A DNA stretch of 64,000 nucleotides from a virus. The translations under genes were made by a program, and so were the position numbers. A model generated the notes under the pieces. It was given only the letters and a program-made list of their open reading frames with translations, searched no databases and was not told the DNA's origin. Position 1 is the first letter of the stretch. Every line of letters begins with the position of its first letter. This document shows, in pieces, positions 18,404 to 29,005 of the stretch. The stretch lies in the IMG/VR virus record IMGVR_UViG_3300044568_004364; one strand, written 5' to 3'.

Positions 18404-18796
18404 TGGATTTACAACCTCTCCAATTACTTGCGGCTCTTCGGCAATAATCTCTGGTTCGGGTGTCGCCACTACGGGTATGTTATAAGTAAACGTTAGAGAT
18501 TCGCTATCAAAACCATATCCTTCTGGCATTGTAACAGGCACACGCACAGTGTGTTTTGTTTTTGCCATTTGGTAATTAAGAGCAGTTCCAATTTCTGTAT
18601 TGGAAGTGAATCGTGCTAATGTTTTACTCACGTTTTCATTTAAAGATGCGATGATCATTTCAGGTTGTCTGCCCCAAAATAATCTATAGCATTCCTCTAA
18701 GGTTATTACAGCGTGGTAAATGCCTTTGATTGCTCGTTGTGTTAGGAATTTTTCATATTCCTGCGGTGTCATTTCTTCGTCTATTTGTTTGTTCAT
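18365..18796 (-). CDS. Hypothetical fibre-associated protein (possible assembly chaperone)
   Basis: Downstream of fibre genes; shares C-terminus and an FW motif with 19037-19414; late promoter 18826-18833. Confidence 0.6.
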   Translation of the reverse strand: MNKQIDEEMTPQEYEKFLTQRAIKGIYHAVITLEECYRLFWGRQPEMIIASLNENVSKTLARFTSNTEIGTALNYQMAKTKHTVRVPVTMPEGYGFDSESLTFTYNIPVVATPEPEIIAEEPQVIGEVVNPEPPLPDMAEPNL

Positions 18797-18940
18797 ATGT
18801 TTATAGTGAATTCTTTCTTTAAATTTATTTATAGTATTAGCGTGGGCATATTGTTATGTGGACACCACAGTTTCCAAGTTATTCGATTATGAAAATTAAG
18901 TTTGTTTAGGGTTGTAATATTGCAAAATAAGTTACTCATG

Positions 18941-19002
18941 TCATCGTAAAAATCCTGCATTTTCAAATCGAAGATAGTCAAAAAAGATAGCTCTTTGTGC
19001 AT
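18941..19002 (-). pseudogene. Orphan copy of the last ~20 codons of fibre gene 24046-27381
   Basis: 62 bp with 4 mismatches vs 24046-24107; encodes AQRAIFFDYLRFENAGFLR*. Confidence 0.85.
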
Positions 19003-19075
19003 CCGTTCATTTACGCCTAAGTGTAAATCTTTAAGCTTACAGATTAGGCTCAGCCATATCTGGTAATGGTGGCTC
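18995..19075. repeat. 81-bp exact direct repeat, copy 2
   Basis: Identical to 18323-18403 (offset 672 bp). Confidence 0.95.
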
Positions 19076-19414
19076 GAAGCCTACAGGTTGTTTAAGTGTT
19101 ACTATTCCATCAACAATTTCAAACTCTTTTGCGGTAACTGCAATAGCTACGACACCTTCGCTATTTGCTCTGCTTTTAATTTCGTTTAACGCTTTAGCGC
19201 TATATTCATGATTAGCGAATAACGACAGCAATTGATCGTGGTCATATAGCTTTTGTAAAACTGCTGTCAATCTATCGTCTGGCAAACTCCAAAAAACTTG
19301 ATGAGAGTTATTAAGAGAATGTATAGCAGCATTGACTGCATTCAAAAATGTGGTAGCTGATGCTTCTATATTAGCAATGTCAATATCTATTTGTTGTTTT
19401 GTTATTAAGTTCAT
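19037..19414 (-). CDS. Hypothetical fibre-associated protein (possible assembly chaperone)
   Basis: Immediately downstream of fibre gene 19418-21892. Confidence 0.6.
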   Translation of the reverse strand: MNLITKQQIDIDIANIEASATTFLNAVNAAIHSLNNSHQVFWSLPDDRLTAVLQKLYDHDQLLSLFANHEYSAKALNEIKSRANSEGVVAIAVTAKEFEIVDGIVTLKQPVGFEPPLPDMAEPNL

Positions 19415-19417
19415 ATG

Positions 19418-21892
19418 TTAAAATCTTAGTGAGTTCCAATTTGATGAAGCAGCAGAAGTTCCTGTTACTTTATAGTGTAGGTAATCTATGAAAAGTTGAG
19501 ATCTATTAGGTGCAGTATAAGTGAACCCTCCACTTTGTAAGCCTATCTCATTACTCGCGCCAGTAGTATGTAAGCTGGTTTTTCTAACCCACGTACTAAC
19601 AGTTGGATGAGTTGCTGTATTATAACTGTCTTGAAATAAAACAACATTGTCCCTAGTAATAATTATTGTTATAGTAGGTCCAACCGCTCGGTCAATCTTA
19701 TAAGTAATGTTGACCCATTTATTAATTAAGTCAGTGAAATTAAATCCAGTATCTAAGAAGTCAACATTTGCCGCAGTGGTTGTAAATGTAAATGGAGTTA
19801 CAGTAGTAGATTTGTTGACTCCTAGAACTAAATTAGTTGAATGTAGAAATGGATTAAATATTAAACCTCCTTGCAAGGTAGTATCAGGGCCACCTGTTCC
19901 TCCCTTTGGTATTGGTCCAATTTTAAAATATCCCTGAGTCGCGAAATCCGCACCATTTATGAATACACGAGATGTAAATTCATCTATTCTATTTGTTAAA
20001 CTATATGGTATAGTTGTTCTATTTATACCAATATAATAAGCTTGACTATTTGCTGTTGGTCCTCTAACAAGAAAAATACCACGATGAGCATATAAATCAT
20101 TATCACTAAAAGAAACAACTCCTGCACTACTTGCAGACCAAGTATCACCAAACACTGGACTCGCTCCAAACGTTGTTGCACCAGAAGCAGCAGCTATCGT
20201 AAGATCAGCATTATATTGATCATCAAAATCTAAAAATTGCTCCCATGTAGTTTGAACGAATGTGTTGTCGTCTGTTATTCTTTCGTTTCTGCTAGTATAC
20301 CTAGAATCAGCTAGCCCTTTTGTAATTATATCAGATGAAGCAACAGCTAATTGATTTGGTAATCTATTAGCAGTTCCATTGCCAACAATATTATTGGAGA
20401 ACGTCTTTAGACCAGCGATGGTTTGGTCGCCAGTTGTGTATACTAAATTGCTTGCAGTTACATTGCCGCTCGCGCTAACGTTTCCAGTCGCACTGATGTT
20501 TCCAGATACTGTCAGACGCTCAGATGGTGTAGGTGTTCCTATACCAACACTCCCAGTTGACACCGTTGTTCCTGTGCTACTTAGACCTGTCGCAAAGATC
20601 AAGTTTCCAAGCGACATGAAGTTGCTTGTCGTAGGTGTCGTTGCTTCAATAGCGTTGCCGATAAGTATGTTATTGCTGCCAGTTGTTAGAGCATAACCCG
20701 TATTATATCCCGCAATTATGTTATTGCTGCCTGTCGTAACAGAGTAACCAGCCTGCATTCCACTGACTGTATTTTGAGAACCTGTGGTGACTGCGTAGAG
20801 GGAATACTTACCTATAGCAGAATTGTTAGAATGGCTGTTAGATGCCACACCTAATCCAGACTGGAAACCTACAAAGGTGTTACTCCCACCAGTGGCGTTG
20901 CTATAACCAGAGTAAGCTCCTAGAGCAGTGTTAGCACTACCCGTTGTATTTTTATACCCTGCGAAGTTGCCTATGAAAACTCCATAAGAAGTGCCTGTTG
21001 TAAAGTAGCCAGAGTTTTCTCCTATTGCGGTTGTCGAAGCTACAGTAGCGGTTACTCCCCCTGTTAAAAGTGCCGAACTTCCTATAGCCGTGTTACTAGC
21101 TCCAGTTTGATTATATCGCAGCGCAGAGCTTCCAATCGCTACGTTACCACTACCCGTAGTGTTAGCATTACCCGCTTGATACCCGATGAACATGTTACTT
21201 CCACCGCTTGTAGTAGCTTGTCCAGCAGCAGCACCTACATAGGTATTTCTAATAGCTGTGGTCTGTGCGCTTCCAGCGTTAGTTCCTATAAGAACATTGT
21301 CATTACCAACGGTCAACGACAACCCTGCGTTAATACCCACTAGGGTATTTGCTGCGCCCTCATAATACACTGAGTTCGATAAAGACCTTCCTCCGTTACC
21401 TAACACCAATGAGCTTATGAAAGTAGCCTGATCTGGTAAGTAAACAACAGGTACGGTGTTTATGCTGAAAGTTCTGTTGTCTATAGACGATGTGCCAGCT
21501 ATGGATAATTTGTGAGATGGAGTAGCTGTTCCGATCCCGACATTGCCACCATTAGGTTGTAGATTAACATAGCTCGTTGTCCGTGTGGCATCTGTTGTGC
21601 CTTGCAAAGTCAGGTCATCGTTAGCTGCAATGCCGCCATTGATTTGTGCTATTGTCGGAGTCGTGATGGTTGGTGATGTCGCAAAAACCAAGCTACCCGT
21701 CCCTGTTTCATCTGTCACCGCCGCTAGTAAATTTGCACTTGTGGGAGTAGCTAAAAATGTCGCTACGTTTGTTCCTGGATTATAGTTAGTTGCATTGACT
21801 GGAACAGTCAATGCCACGCTTGCACCAGCATTAAGGTTTGCTAATGCTGCTCCAGTTTCTAGGGATCTTGATGTGATTTTAGTTGTTGCCAT
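19418..21892 (-). CDS. Tail fibre / receptor-binding protein
   Basis: GNVGIGT motifs, ~14-aa Gly/Asn repeats (NTxxG..AG..xTTGS) of beta-roll type, distinct beta-rich C-terminal domain. Confidence 0.75.
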   Translation of the reverse strand: MATTKITSRSLETGAALANLNAGASVALTVPVNATNYNPGTNVATFLATPTSANLLAAVTDETGTGSLVFATSPTITTPTIAQINGGIAANDDLTLQGTTDATRTTSYVNLQPNGGNVGIGTATPSHKLSIAGTSSIDNRTFSINTVPVVYLPDQATFISSLVLGNGGRSLSNSVYYEGAANTLVGINAGLSLTVGNDNVLIGTNAGSAQTTAIRNTYVGAAAGQATTSGGSNMFIGYQAGNANTTGSGNVAIGSSALRYNQTGASNTAIGSSALLTGGVTATVASTTAIGENSGYFTTGTSYGVFIGNFAGYKNTTGSANTALGAYSGYSNATGGSNTFVGFQSGLGVASNSHSNNSAIGKYSLYAVTTGSQNTVSGMQAGYSVTTGSNNIIAGYNTGYALTTGSNNILIGNAIEATTPTTSNFMSLGNLIFATGLSSTGTTVSTGSVGIGTPTPSERLTVSGNISATGNVSASGNVTASNLVYTTGDQTIAGLKTFSNNIVGNGTANRLPNQLAVASSDIITKGLADSRYTSRNERITDDNTFVQTTWEQFLDFDDQYNADLTIAAASGATTFGASPVFGDTWSASSAGVVSFSDNDLYAHRGIFLVRGPTANSQAYYIGINRTTIPYSLTNRIDEFTSRVFINGADFATQGYFKIGPIPKGGTGGPDTTLQGGLIFNPFLHSTNLVLGVNKSTTVTPFTFTTTAANVDFLDTGFNFTDLINKWVNITYKIDRAVGPTITIIITRDNVVLFQDSYNTATHPTVSTWVRKTSLHTTGASNEIGLQSGGFTYTAPNRSQLFIDYLHYKVTGTSAASSNWNSLRF

Positions 21893-21894
21893 AT

Positions 21895-24018
21895 TTATAC
21901 TGTTTCTAATATATCGAGGATTTCAGCGGGTAAGATATTTGACTGACTAGCCCATGATTTAAGCATAACTGTATCTAAGTGTAGCGGTGCTGACTGAGCA
22001 GCAACACCATTTAGATTACGAACGGCTACGTAAGGAAATGAGCTTTGATTCGTAGGATTCCAGTTTGCTAAACTATACGTCCCTGCTAGTGTCAAATCGC
22101 CAGTAACTCCTCCGCTATATATCTTCAACGTAACCGTTGTGCTTGTTCCACCCGCCCTTTGTGCTGTATCAAATACTAAGGCATAGCGTGTGCCTGTTCC
22201 AGCAATATAAGAGCCAACCGCAGGAGTAGGCGCACCAGAAATAGCCCCCGTAGCTGTGCTAGTTGTAGTGTATGTTCCATTATTTGTAAAAAAGTTGAAT
22301 ACAGGGCTGGAGCCAGGGCTTGCCGTGTTATCTTGAAAAATTTGAACTAACCGTGCTACGTTGCCTGTCCTAAGCCCCATTCTTATATCAACATTTGTCA
22401 AATTGGGTACGCAAAATACATACATAAGTGTATAATTATCGTATCCAGCTACTGGTGCGCCAACACCAGAAGCAATATTGCTAAATAAAGCCCCACCCAA
22501 TGACAATTCTGAAATTGCATTAGCTGCTGTTCCATTAGCAACCAAAATCCATCCTTTAACTTTTGAGTTCCAATGAGTACCGCCCGCATTTGTAATTTGT
22601 ACCAATGCTCCTGCTGGAACTGCTGTACTTACACCGATAGTTGTTGACATTGATGAAGAATCAAAATCATAGATAATAATTGATGATTGTCTGGATATAC
22701 CATGGGGTAAATAGTATCTATCTAAATCTAATGAAGTCCGATGAGCAGCAGACGAAGCATTATCATATGTAAAGTTTCCATTGCTGATGGTTGGGGTTAC
22801 TATAGTTGGTGATGGAATACTTAACCCACTTGCTAATTTTGCACTTGTCACACTCCCATCTGATGGAATCATATCAAGCACTTGGACAGTATTTGTAGGA
22901 GATACCACAACTGCTTTTGCACCACTTGCTAATGGAGAAGTAAAGGTAATGTTTCCGCTGCCAACAGAGTAATCTACAGATGGTTCTTGTAGCGCACCAT
23001 CAATAGCGACAATGAGCGCAGAGGGGTTTGTAAGACTCCCCGCTCCACTGATCGCATATACACTCGTAGATCCGTTGCCAGTCAAAGTAGTTCGCACTGG
23101 ATCAACAAGATTTGCTTTAGCATCCAATGCACTCTGTGTTGCGGTGCTAACAGGTTTATTAAGGTCGCTTGTGTTATCAACATTATTAATGCTAAGCGCA
23201 GTACGATGGGCTGCCGCTGCGCCTGTCCCGTAGGTGTAGGATGTGGCGTTGAATGTCACTGCCGTACCAAATGTCGCAGAGTTGATCGTTGGCGATGTGC
23301 TAAAAACCAATGAGCCTGTTCCTGTTTCATCCGTGACAGCTGCCGCTAAGTTAGTGCTTGTAGGAGTTGCAAGAAATGTAGCAACATTGGCTGCTAGTCC
23401 AGCTGCAACTTCAATCCATGCACCATTGCTTCTTACATTTGGTTTATTTGTGGTCGTATTATAAATTTCAAGACCATTAGGAGGCGAAGAGATAGCATCT
23501 CGTTGCGTTTCTGTCATTCGAGGAGGCAAGAAACCTTTTGTTGTGCTAGTTATATCTAGCAATGCGGCGGCATTCGGCGATGTCGTGCCAATACCAACAC
23601 GCCCATCACCAAGAAGTGTCATAACTGTAGTGTCAGGGGTTACTGGCGATGCTGCGTTTCCTTGTAATAATGCTATGTCCAGTCGAGTATTGTTTACGTT
23701 CGAATTAGGATTAGACAACTTAAACGATGCTGCCGTATGAAATCCAACTCCAGGATTGTAAGGTCTTGATAGAACCAATACATCACTTACTGTTGTGGTT
23801 GTAGGACTACCAGCAACATCCAACTTACCTATTAAAGATGACGCTGTTCCAATACCAACCTTATCACCAGCTGCATCAACAAACAGTGTATTTGTATCAA
23901 CTGTTAAATTACCTGATACGCTTACAGGATTAGTGAATGCTATACTAGCACCAGCATTCAAGTTATTGAGTGCTGCATTATCGGCTAAGACTGATGATGT
24001 TGCTTTGGTTATTGCCAT
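21895..24018 (-). CDS. Tail fibre / receptor-binding protein
   Basis: VDTNTLFVDA, VGIGT, LLDITSTTKGFLPPRMT; modules shared with neighbouring fibres. Confidence 0.75.
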   Translation of the reverse strand: MAITKATSSVLADNAALNNLNAGASIAFTNPVSVSGNLTVDTNTLFVDAAGDKVGIGTASSLIGKLDVAGSPTTTTVSDVLVLSRPYNPGVGFHTAASFKLSNPNSNVNNTRLDIALLQGNAASPVTPDTTVMTLLGDGRVGIGTTSPNAAALLDITSTTKGFLPPRMTETQRDAISSPPNGLEIYNTTTNKPNVRSNGAWIEVAAGLAANVATFLATPTSTNLAAAVTDETGTGSLVFSTSPTINSATFGTAVTFNATSYTYGTGAAAAHRTALSINNVDNTSDLNKPVSTATQSALDAKANLVDPVRTTLTGNGSTSVYAISGAGSLTNPSALIVAIDGALQEPSVDYSVGSGNITFTSPLASGAKAVVVSPTNTVQVLDMIPSDGSVTSAKLASGLSIPSPTIVTPTISNGNFTYDNASSAAHRTSLDLDRYYLPHGISRQSSIIIYDFDSSSMSTTIGVSTAVPAGALVQITNAGGTHWNSKVKGWILVANGTAANAISELSLGGALFSNIASGVGAPVAGYDNYTLMYVFCVPNLTNVDIRMGLRTGNVARLVQIFQDNTASPGSSPVFNFFTNNGTYTTTSTATGAISGAPTPAVGSYIAGTGTRYALVFDTAQRAGGTSTTVTLKIYSGGVTGDLTLAGTYSLANWNPTNQSSFPYVAVRNLNGVAAQSAPLHLDTVMLKSWASQSNILPAEILDILETV
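22841..23210. repeat. Near-identical DNA block shared with fibre gene 24046-27381 (~24884-25250)
   Basis: Both encode AHRTALSINNVDNTSD.NKPVSTATQSALDAKANLVDPVRTTLTGNGSTSVYAISGA...DGSVTSAK. Confidence 0.85.
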
Positions 24019-24045
24019 TGTAAAAATTAAGTTTGTTAGTTTCCA

Positions 24046-27000
24046 TTATCGTAAAAATTCTGCGTTTTCAAATCGTAGATAGTCAAAAAAGATAGCTCTT
24101 TGTGCATTGGTTTTAGTTGTAACCTCTACACTTGGACACATGCCAACGCTGGCACTGCTCAGTCGCGATCCATGTGTCACCACTCCGCTATATAACGTAG
24201 TCCAAGTAGTATTATTAAAATCAGCTTCTTCAATTAAAACGCTTGATGTAGTATTTGTTAATTGAGTCATCGTGAATTTGTAGCGTTTACCACTCAAAAA
24301 ATTACCATTTTGAGGTGCAGCGGTCGATGCTGGCAACGTAGCATAATTACTACCACCGTGGCGAAATGTGAATAATCCACCATCTAGTCCACTACGATAT
24401 GCAAGTCCAAATTGACTAATTCCCACCCATGTCAATCCAACAAACACCTCACAGTCGGTGATGTCTTGGATTGTGAAAATTGACTGAAATGTAGTTCCAA
24501 TCGCCTTAACCCCTCCAGCAATACGGACAAATCCCCTGTAAAAATTTCCAGAGACTGCACCTGTAATAACGCGATAGACCCCATAAGCTAAATTGCCAGC
24601 ATTATCGCTATCACCAATGCTGCCACCTGTTCCTGATTGTGTCGCGGTATACCCATATCGACCATCACAATCATCAAAAAATGACATAAGTGGACTCGAT
24701 AAAAGCGAATTAGAAAATACTTTTGATTGTAATTCTGCTGGTGACAGCGTTGTAAATGACGCTAATCCCAACGCTGTCCTATGTGCATCTGCCGCGCCTG
24801 CACCATATACATAGTTAGTAGCATTTAAAGTAATGCTATTATTAACTACGGGGTCTGACAGCGTAACACCTCCAACAATCTTAGCACTCGTCACACTACC
24901 ATCAGCTGGTATGTTTTGTGATACCTGTAAACTATTCGTCGGTGATATGACAACTGCTTTGCTGCCACTTGGTAATGGACTTGTGAATGTTATGTTTCCA
25001 CTAGCGACAGTATAGTCAACGCTAGGTTCTTGTAAGATACCATCAATAGCCACAATGAGTGCTGATGGGTTTACTAATCCACTTGCTCCACTTATCGCAT
25101 ATACACTTGTAGATCCGTTACCTGTAAGTGTAGTGCGAACAGGATCAACAAGATTTGCTTTAGCATCCAATGCACTCTGTGTTGCGGTGCTAACAGGTTT
25201 ATTTGTGTCACTCGTATTATCAACATTATTAATGCTAAGCGCAGTACGATGCGCAGTGGCAGCATTAGTTCCATATGTATAAGTTGTGGCATTAAGAGTT
25301 AGCGCGGTGGATATTGTTGGACTGCTTAATGTTGGGGTCGTGCCAAATACTAATGCACCACTTCCCGTGGCTCCAGTGATGGCAGCTTCTAAGTTTGCAC
25401 TCGTTGGTGCGCCTAAGAATGTACCAACACCAGATCCAAGACCCGTAATGCTGCCTACTGCAGGTGTGATTGTTGATGTGCTTGCACTTGTAACAAGTCC
25501 TTTATCATTTACTGTTAAGACTGCGCTTGCTGTTGCACTGCCATATGTATTTGCAGTAACACCACTAGCTCCAAGATTTATACCATTTGCATCTGCAACA
25601 ATTGCGCTGCCAGCTGGTATCTTAACACTAAAGATTGTACCATCACGCTGCAATCCATTCCCGACATCATATGCTCCAGCACCGCTAAACTGCAAGAAAA
25701 TTACTGGACTAGTTCCAACCGTTGTTACCGGCTCACTAACAATCCAACTTGTATTGGCATATGTTGTTCCGTGTGTAACAAATACAAAGTCACCGCCATT
25801 CATCTTGAGCGGCGTATCAGCGTCAGTGGCGCGTGTAAGTTCACGCGCCGCGCTTATTGTGTAAATGCCATTGTGAGCTACATTTGTTTCATGCGCAATT
25901 ATGATACGCGACCCGATCACAAGGTCAGCATCAAGCGCAAGCAGCGCGTCCAAAACAGTAGAGCCACCAGTCACTGTGAGTTTTGCTCCTACTCCGCTTG
26001 CTCCATTGGTATATGCTACGGTTCCTCCAGTGACAACAGCCAATGTTGCGTTTTTTAAAATAAGGTGCGCTTCACCATGTACGTGAATGCCTGTGGCAAT
26101 GTTATCAGCATATGCTTTATTAACAGCACTTAATGATGACGAATCAACCGTTAAATTAGGAACAAGCGGAGAGCTGCTAAAGGTTTTAACACCGTCTATA
26201 TGTTGAGCTCCACTTGTGGTTACAGCATCCGAAATACTATAACCGCTAATGGTTGTAGGAGTATTGGTAACATTGCTCCAAGCTGGTGTAAGAGCAAGCG
26301 GTGTTCCCGCGCTGCTAATACGGCCTGCTGCATCGGTGGTAAACGGTTGAACACTGGTTGCACTATTATTATAAGTGCCTGCAGTGCCAACATTTTTTAA
26401 TGTTGATACAAATGAACCGTTACCGCTGCCAGTTACATCACCAGTTAATGTAATAGTTTGATCGCCTGTGTTTGTGCCACTTAAATTGGTTGCGCTAATA
26501 GCTCCGCTAAAGGTTGCTCCAGTTATGGTTGCAGCATCAGTTATATTATATCCAGCAACCGTGGTAGGCTTGTTTAAGATTTGTGCATCACCGCTACTTG
26601 CGGCCCAATCTGCATTTACATTAACCTCTGCGCCAGCAGCAATGCCTGATAGTTTTGATTTTTCAGCTGCTGTATAATTTTCATCTGATAAATCCTTACC
26701 AGCTACCGTATTAACTTTACCGCTTAATGCAGTTACAGTTGCAGTGCTTAACGGCTTATTAGTGTCACTAGTGTTATCAACATTGCTTAATCCTACATCG
26801 CTCTTATCTAATACGATTGCGCCAACACGGGTATTAATACTTTGTACTGGCGCAGCTGCAAGTGCAGCTGCATTGAAATTTGTAATGTCTGATGCAGTAT
26901 GAGTGTGGCCAACAGCGCTCTTACCAGATAAACGTGTGTCTAGGTCAGTGTTAACCAATACACCAGATAACGTAAGATTGGAGAATGTAGGGCTTGAAGA

Positions 27001-27381
27001 AACGCCAATTGACTGTGGCAGACTTAAAGTTACATTTGCAGTTTCAGACCCGCTTCCTGTAACTATGACTTGATTAGCTGTTCCTGCGATACTGGCAACA
27101 TAATTACCAACTGTATGAGTACCTAGTGTGCATGCATTGGGATTAAATGATAGGACACCAGCCGCACTGAGTGTGCATGCTCCACTTATTGTACGTGCTG
27201 CATATTCGTTAGTATCGCGTATAAGAATTGAACCGTTAACGCTACCAGCCAAGTCAACATCAGTGAGCTGCGCCAATGTTGTTGCAGCTACGCTTGTGCT
27301 ATATGCATTGATATTTGCGTTGCTGCCCACGACAGATGTCACAATGTTATTGGGCGTAATATATGAAACAATATCTGGCAT
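24046..27381 (-). CDS. Long tail fibre-like protein
   Basis: 1111 aa Thr/Ser/Gly-rich; VGLSNVDNTSD, LTGDVTGSG, NGIY..LTRATDAD fibre motifs. Confidence 0.75.
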   Translation of the reverse strand: MPDIVSYITPNNIVTSVVGSNANINAYSTSVAATTLAQLTDVDLAGSVNGSILIRDTNEYAARTISGACTLSAAGVLSFNPNACTLGTHTVGNYVASIAGTANQVIVTGSGSETANVTLSLPQSIGVSSSPTFSNLTLSGVLVNTDLDTRLSGKSAVGHTHTASDITNFNAAALAAAPVQSINTRVGAIVLDKSDVGLSNVDNTSDTNKPLSTATVTALSGKVNTVAGKDLSDENYTAAEKSKLSGIAAGAEVNVNADWAASSGDAQILNKPTTVAGYNITDAATITGATFSGAISATNLSGTNTGDQTITLTGDVTGSGNGSFVSTLKNVGTAGTYNNSATSVQPFTTDAAGRISSAGTPLALTPAWSNVTNTPTTISGYSISDAVTTSGAQHIDGVKTFSSSPLVPNLTVDSSSLSAVNKAYADNIATGIHVHGEAHLILKNATLAVVTGGTVAYTNGASGVGAKLTVTGGSTVLDALLALDADLVIGSRIIIAHETNVAHNGIYTISAARELTRATDADTPLKMNGGDFVFVTHGTTYANTSWIVSEPVTTVGTSPVIFLQFSGAGAYDVGNGLQRDGTIFSVKIPAGSAIVADANGINLGASGVTANTYGSATASAVLTVNDKGLVTSASTSTITPAVGSITGLGSGVGTFLGAPTSANLEAAITGATGSGALVFGTTPTLSSPTISTALTLNATTYTYGTNAATAHRTALSINNVDNTSDTNKPVSTATQSALDAKANLVDPVRTTLTGNGSTSVYAISGASGLVNPSALIVAIDGILQEPSVDYTVASGNITFTSPLPSGSKAVVISPTNSLQVSQNIPADGSVTSAKIVGGVTLSDPVVNNSITLNATNYVYGAGAADAHRTALGLASFTTLSPAELQSKVFSNSLLSSPLMSFFDDCDGRYGYTATQSGTGGSIGDSDNAGNLAYGVYRVITGAVSGNFYRGFVRIAGGVKAIGTTFQSIFTIQDITDCEVFVGLTWVGISQFGLAYRSGLDGGLFTFRHGGSNYATLPASTAAPQNGNFLSGKRYKFTMTQLTNTTSSVLIEEADFNNTTWTTLYSGVVTHGSRLSSASVGMCPSVEVTTKTNAQRAIFFDYLRFENAEFLR

Positions 27382-27385
27382 CTTT

Positions 27386-27721
27386 TTATGGTTGTGTTGT
27401 AGCTGGGGATATTTCTACTTGTCCTTCGCTAACACGTATTACATTATTGCTGCTATTATATACTTCAATGTCATACACATAACGTCCAGCTGCCATAGCA
27501 CGTGTTTGTGTTGATGTTAGTGATATGTTAACAGTTCCCGTGTTTGGCGCGTTTATATTTGTTACAAAGTTTATTGCATTCAGTGACTTGTATGACTTGC
27601 GTATTTGGCCACGTGCAGTATAACCAGTAAGATTAAGCGGTAAGCCGTTAGCGCCTTGGACAACAACTGTTGAACTATAGGAACTGCCTTGATCTATAAA
27701 AATATCGGAATATGTTGCCAT
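27386..27721 (-). CDS. Small virion structural protein (fibre-associated, Ig-like)
   Basis: IDQG, LTGYTARGQIRKSY, GRYVYDIE, RVSEG pattern common beside fibre genes in T4-like phages; late promoter 27728-27735. Confidence 0.7.
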   Translation of the reverse strand: MATYSDIFIDQGSSYSSTVVVQGANGLPLNLTGYTARGQIRKSYKSLNAINFVTNINAPNTGTVNISLTSTQTRAMAAGRYVYDIEVYNSSNNVIRVSEGQVEISPATTQP

Positions 27722-27756
27722 ATATCCTATTTATATAAATCATAGATCCCTATTAT

Positions 27757-28986
27757 TTAACCAAACACTACAATGTCAACTCTAGGAGAATCGAATGCAC
27801 CACCATCCGAACCTCGTAGTGTACGTATTCTCACCGCTGATATTGTCGGTGCAATTGTTTGATGCCGTGTTACAACGCCGCCTGTGCTTGCATCTGTTCT
27901 TTGAGCTGTGCCAGTAACAATATAATTGGTATTTGCAAAGTTTGCAGTAAAATTAATTGTATAGTCGCCTGTGCCGTTATCTGTTATGCTGCTTACATTA
28001 TAGCTGCCTATGATAGCTGGTGTGTCTGTGCCGTTAAATGACACCCATGCCTTTGCAGCACCCGGTGAACTCTTTAATGTTGCTGGTGTTACTGCACGTG
28101 CAGTGTCGCTACCAGTATCTACTTCACCTTGCGTAGCAAGTTCAACTTTTCCAGCAGCACTCGTTGTTGCCTGTGCGGATGTTGTGGTTATGGTTACATC
28201 AGCACTGCCATTAAAACTTACAGAGCCCGCAACATCACCGCTTAAAGTAATTGTTCTTGCAGTTGCTAATATCGTTGCAGTGCTAGCATTTCCAGTTAGC
28301 GGTCCACTAAATGACGTTGCAGTTAATATGCCACCACTATCCCAATTTGGGCCGCCTGTGGATAACTTTGCTGGAGTGACCGCAAGATTGATTATTTTAG
28401 CAGTGGTGACAGCGTTATTACCAACCGTTGTGGTTATGCCTACATCAGCACCACCATTAAAACTTACAGAGCCACCAACATCACCGCTTAAAGTAATTGT
28501 TCTTGCAGTTGCTAATGTCGTTGCAGTGCTAGCGTTTCCAGTCAATGGGCCGCTAAATGATGTCGCACTTAATACGCCGCCGCTATTCCAACTTGGACCA
28601 CCTGTGGATAACTTTGCTGGAGTGACTGCAAGATTATTTATCTTACCTGTAGTAATAGCATCAGGACTTATTGTAATTGCAAGTGTTACTGGACTAGTCC
28701 CATTAAACGTTGGTGGCGAAACTATTGATACTGCATCACCAGATACATTAAATGCACGTGGTGTTGTTAAACTTTCAGCAGTTGAAATAACAATAGCTGA
28801 TGATGTTAGCAAAACTGTAGCACTTGTCGCAGGATCTGTAAATCGTATATTGTTATTACCGTTTTCAAAAGCAGCATTTAAAGTTGAGCTGCTACCCAAA
28901 CCCAATCTTCCTCGCATTGTAGCCGATTCAGCTGTTACTGGAGTATTTACTGCGGAAGGTCCTAAATTAATTGGCGTAGTTGGCAT
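27757..28986 (-). CDS. Fibre-like virion protein with internal 82-aa duplication
   Basis: Two copies (offset 246 bp) of AVTPAKLSTGGP.W...LATARTITLSGDV; C-terminal AKAWVSFNG..SYNVSSITDNGTGDY domain. Confidence 0.7.
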   Translation of the reverse strand: MPTTPINLGPSAVNTPVTAESATMRGRLGLGSSSTLNAAFENGNNNIRFTDPATSATVLLTSSAIVISTAESLTTPRAFNVSGDAVSIVSPPTFNGTSPVTLAITISPDAITTGKINNLAVTPAKLSTGGPSWNSGGVLSATSFSGPLTGNASTATTLATARTITLSGDVGGSVSFNGGADVGITTTVGNNAVTTAKIINLAVTPAKLSTGGPNWDSGGILTATSFSGPLTGNASTATILATARTITLSGDVAGSVSFNGSADVTITTTSAQATTSAAGKVELATQGEVDTGSDTARAVTPATLKSSPGAAKAWVSFNGTDTPAIIGSYNVSSITDNGTGDYTINFTANFANTNYIVTGTAQRTDASTGGVVTRHQTIAPTISAVRIRTLRGSDGGAFDSPRVDIVVFG

Positions 28987-29005
28987 TGTGTTATTTTGTT
29001 AAGGT

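Noticed and set aside
18829-18939. 36-aa ORF downstream of the fibre relic
   Set aside because: Overlaps sequence homologous to an intergenic spacer and the next late promoter; no coding evidence.
18323-19075. CRISPR array
   Set aside because: Only two 81-bp copies 672 bp apart, partly coding; no repeat-spacer periodicity.
21892-21899. Late promoter TATAAATA for fibre 19418-21892
   Set aside because: The motif overlaps the start codon itself, so transcription would begin inside the gene.
18941-24107. Diversity-generating retroelement template/variable repeat pair at a fibre C-terminus
   Set aside because: Only 62 bp, the four mismatches are not adenines of the orphan copy on the coding strand, and there is no reverse transcriptase in the window.
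28010-29002. 330-aa plus-strand ORF (also 37503-38315 and 25286-25864)
   Set aside because: Antisense shadows of Ala/Thr/Gly-rich fibre genes; no motifs or promoters.
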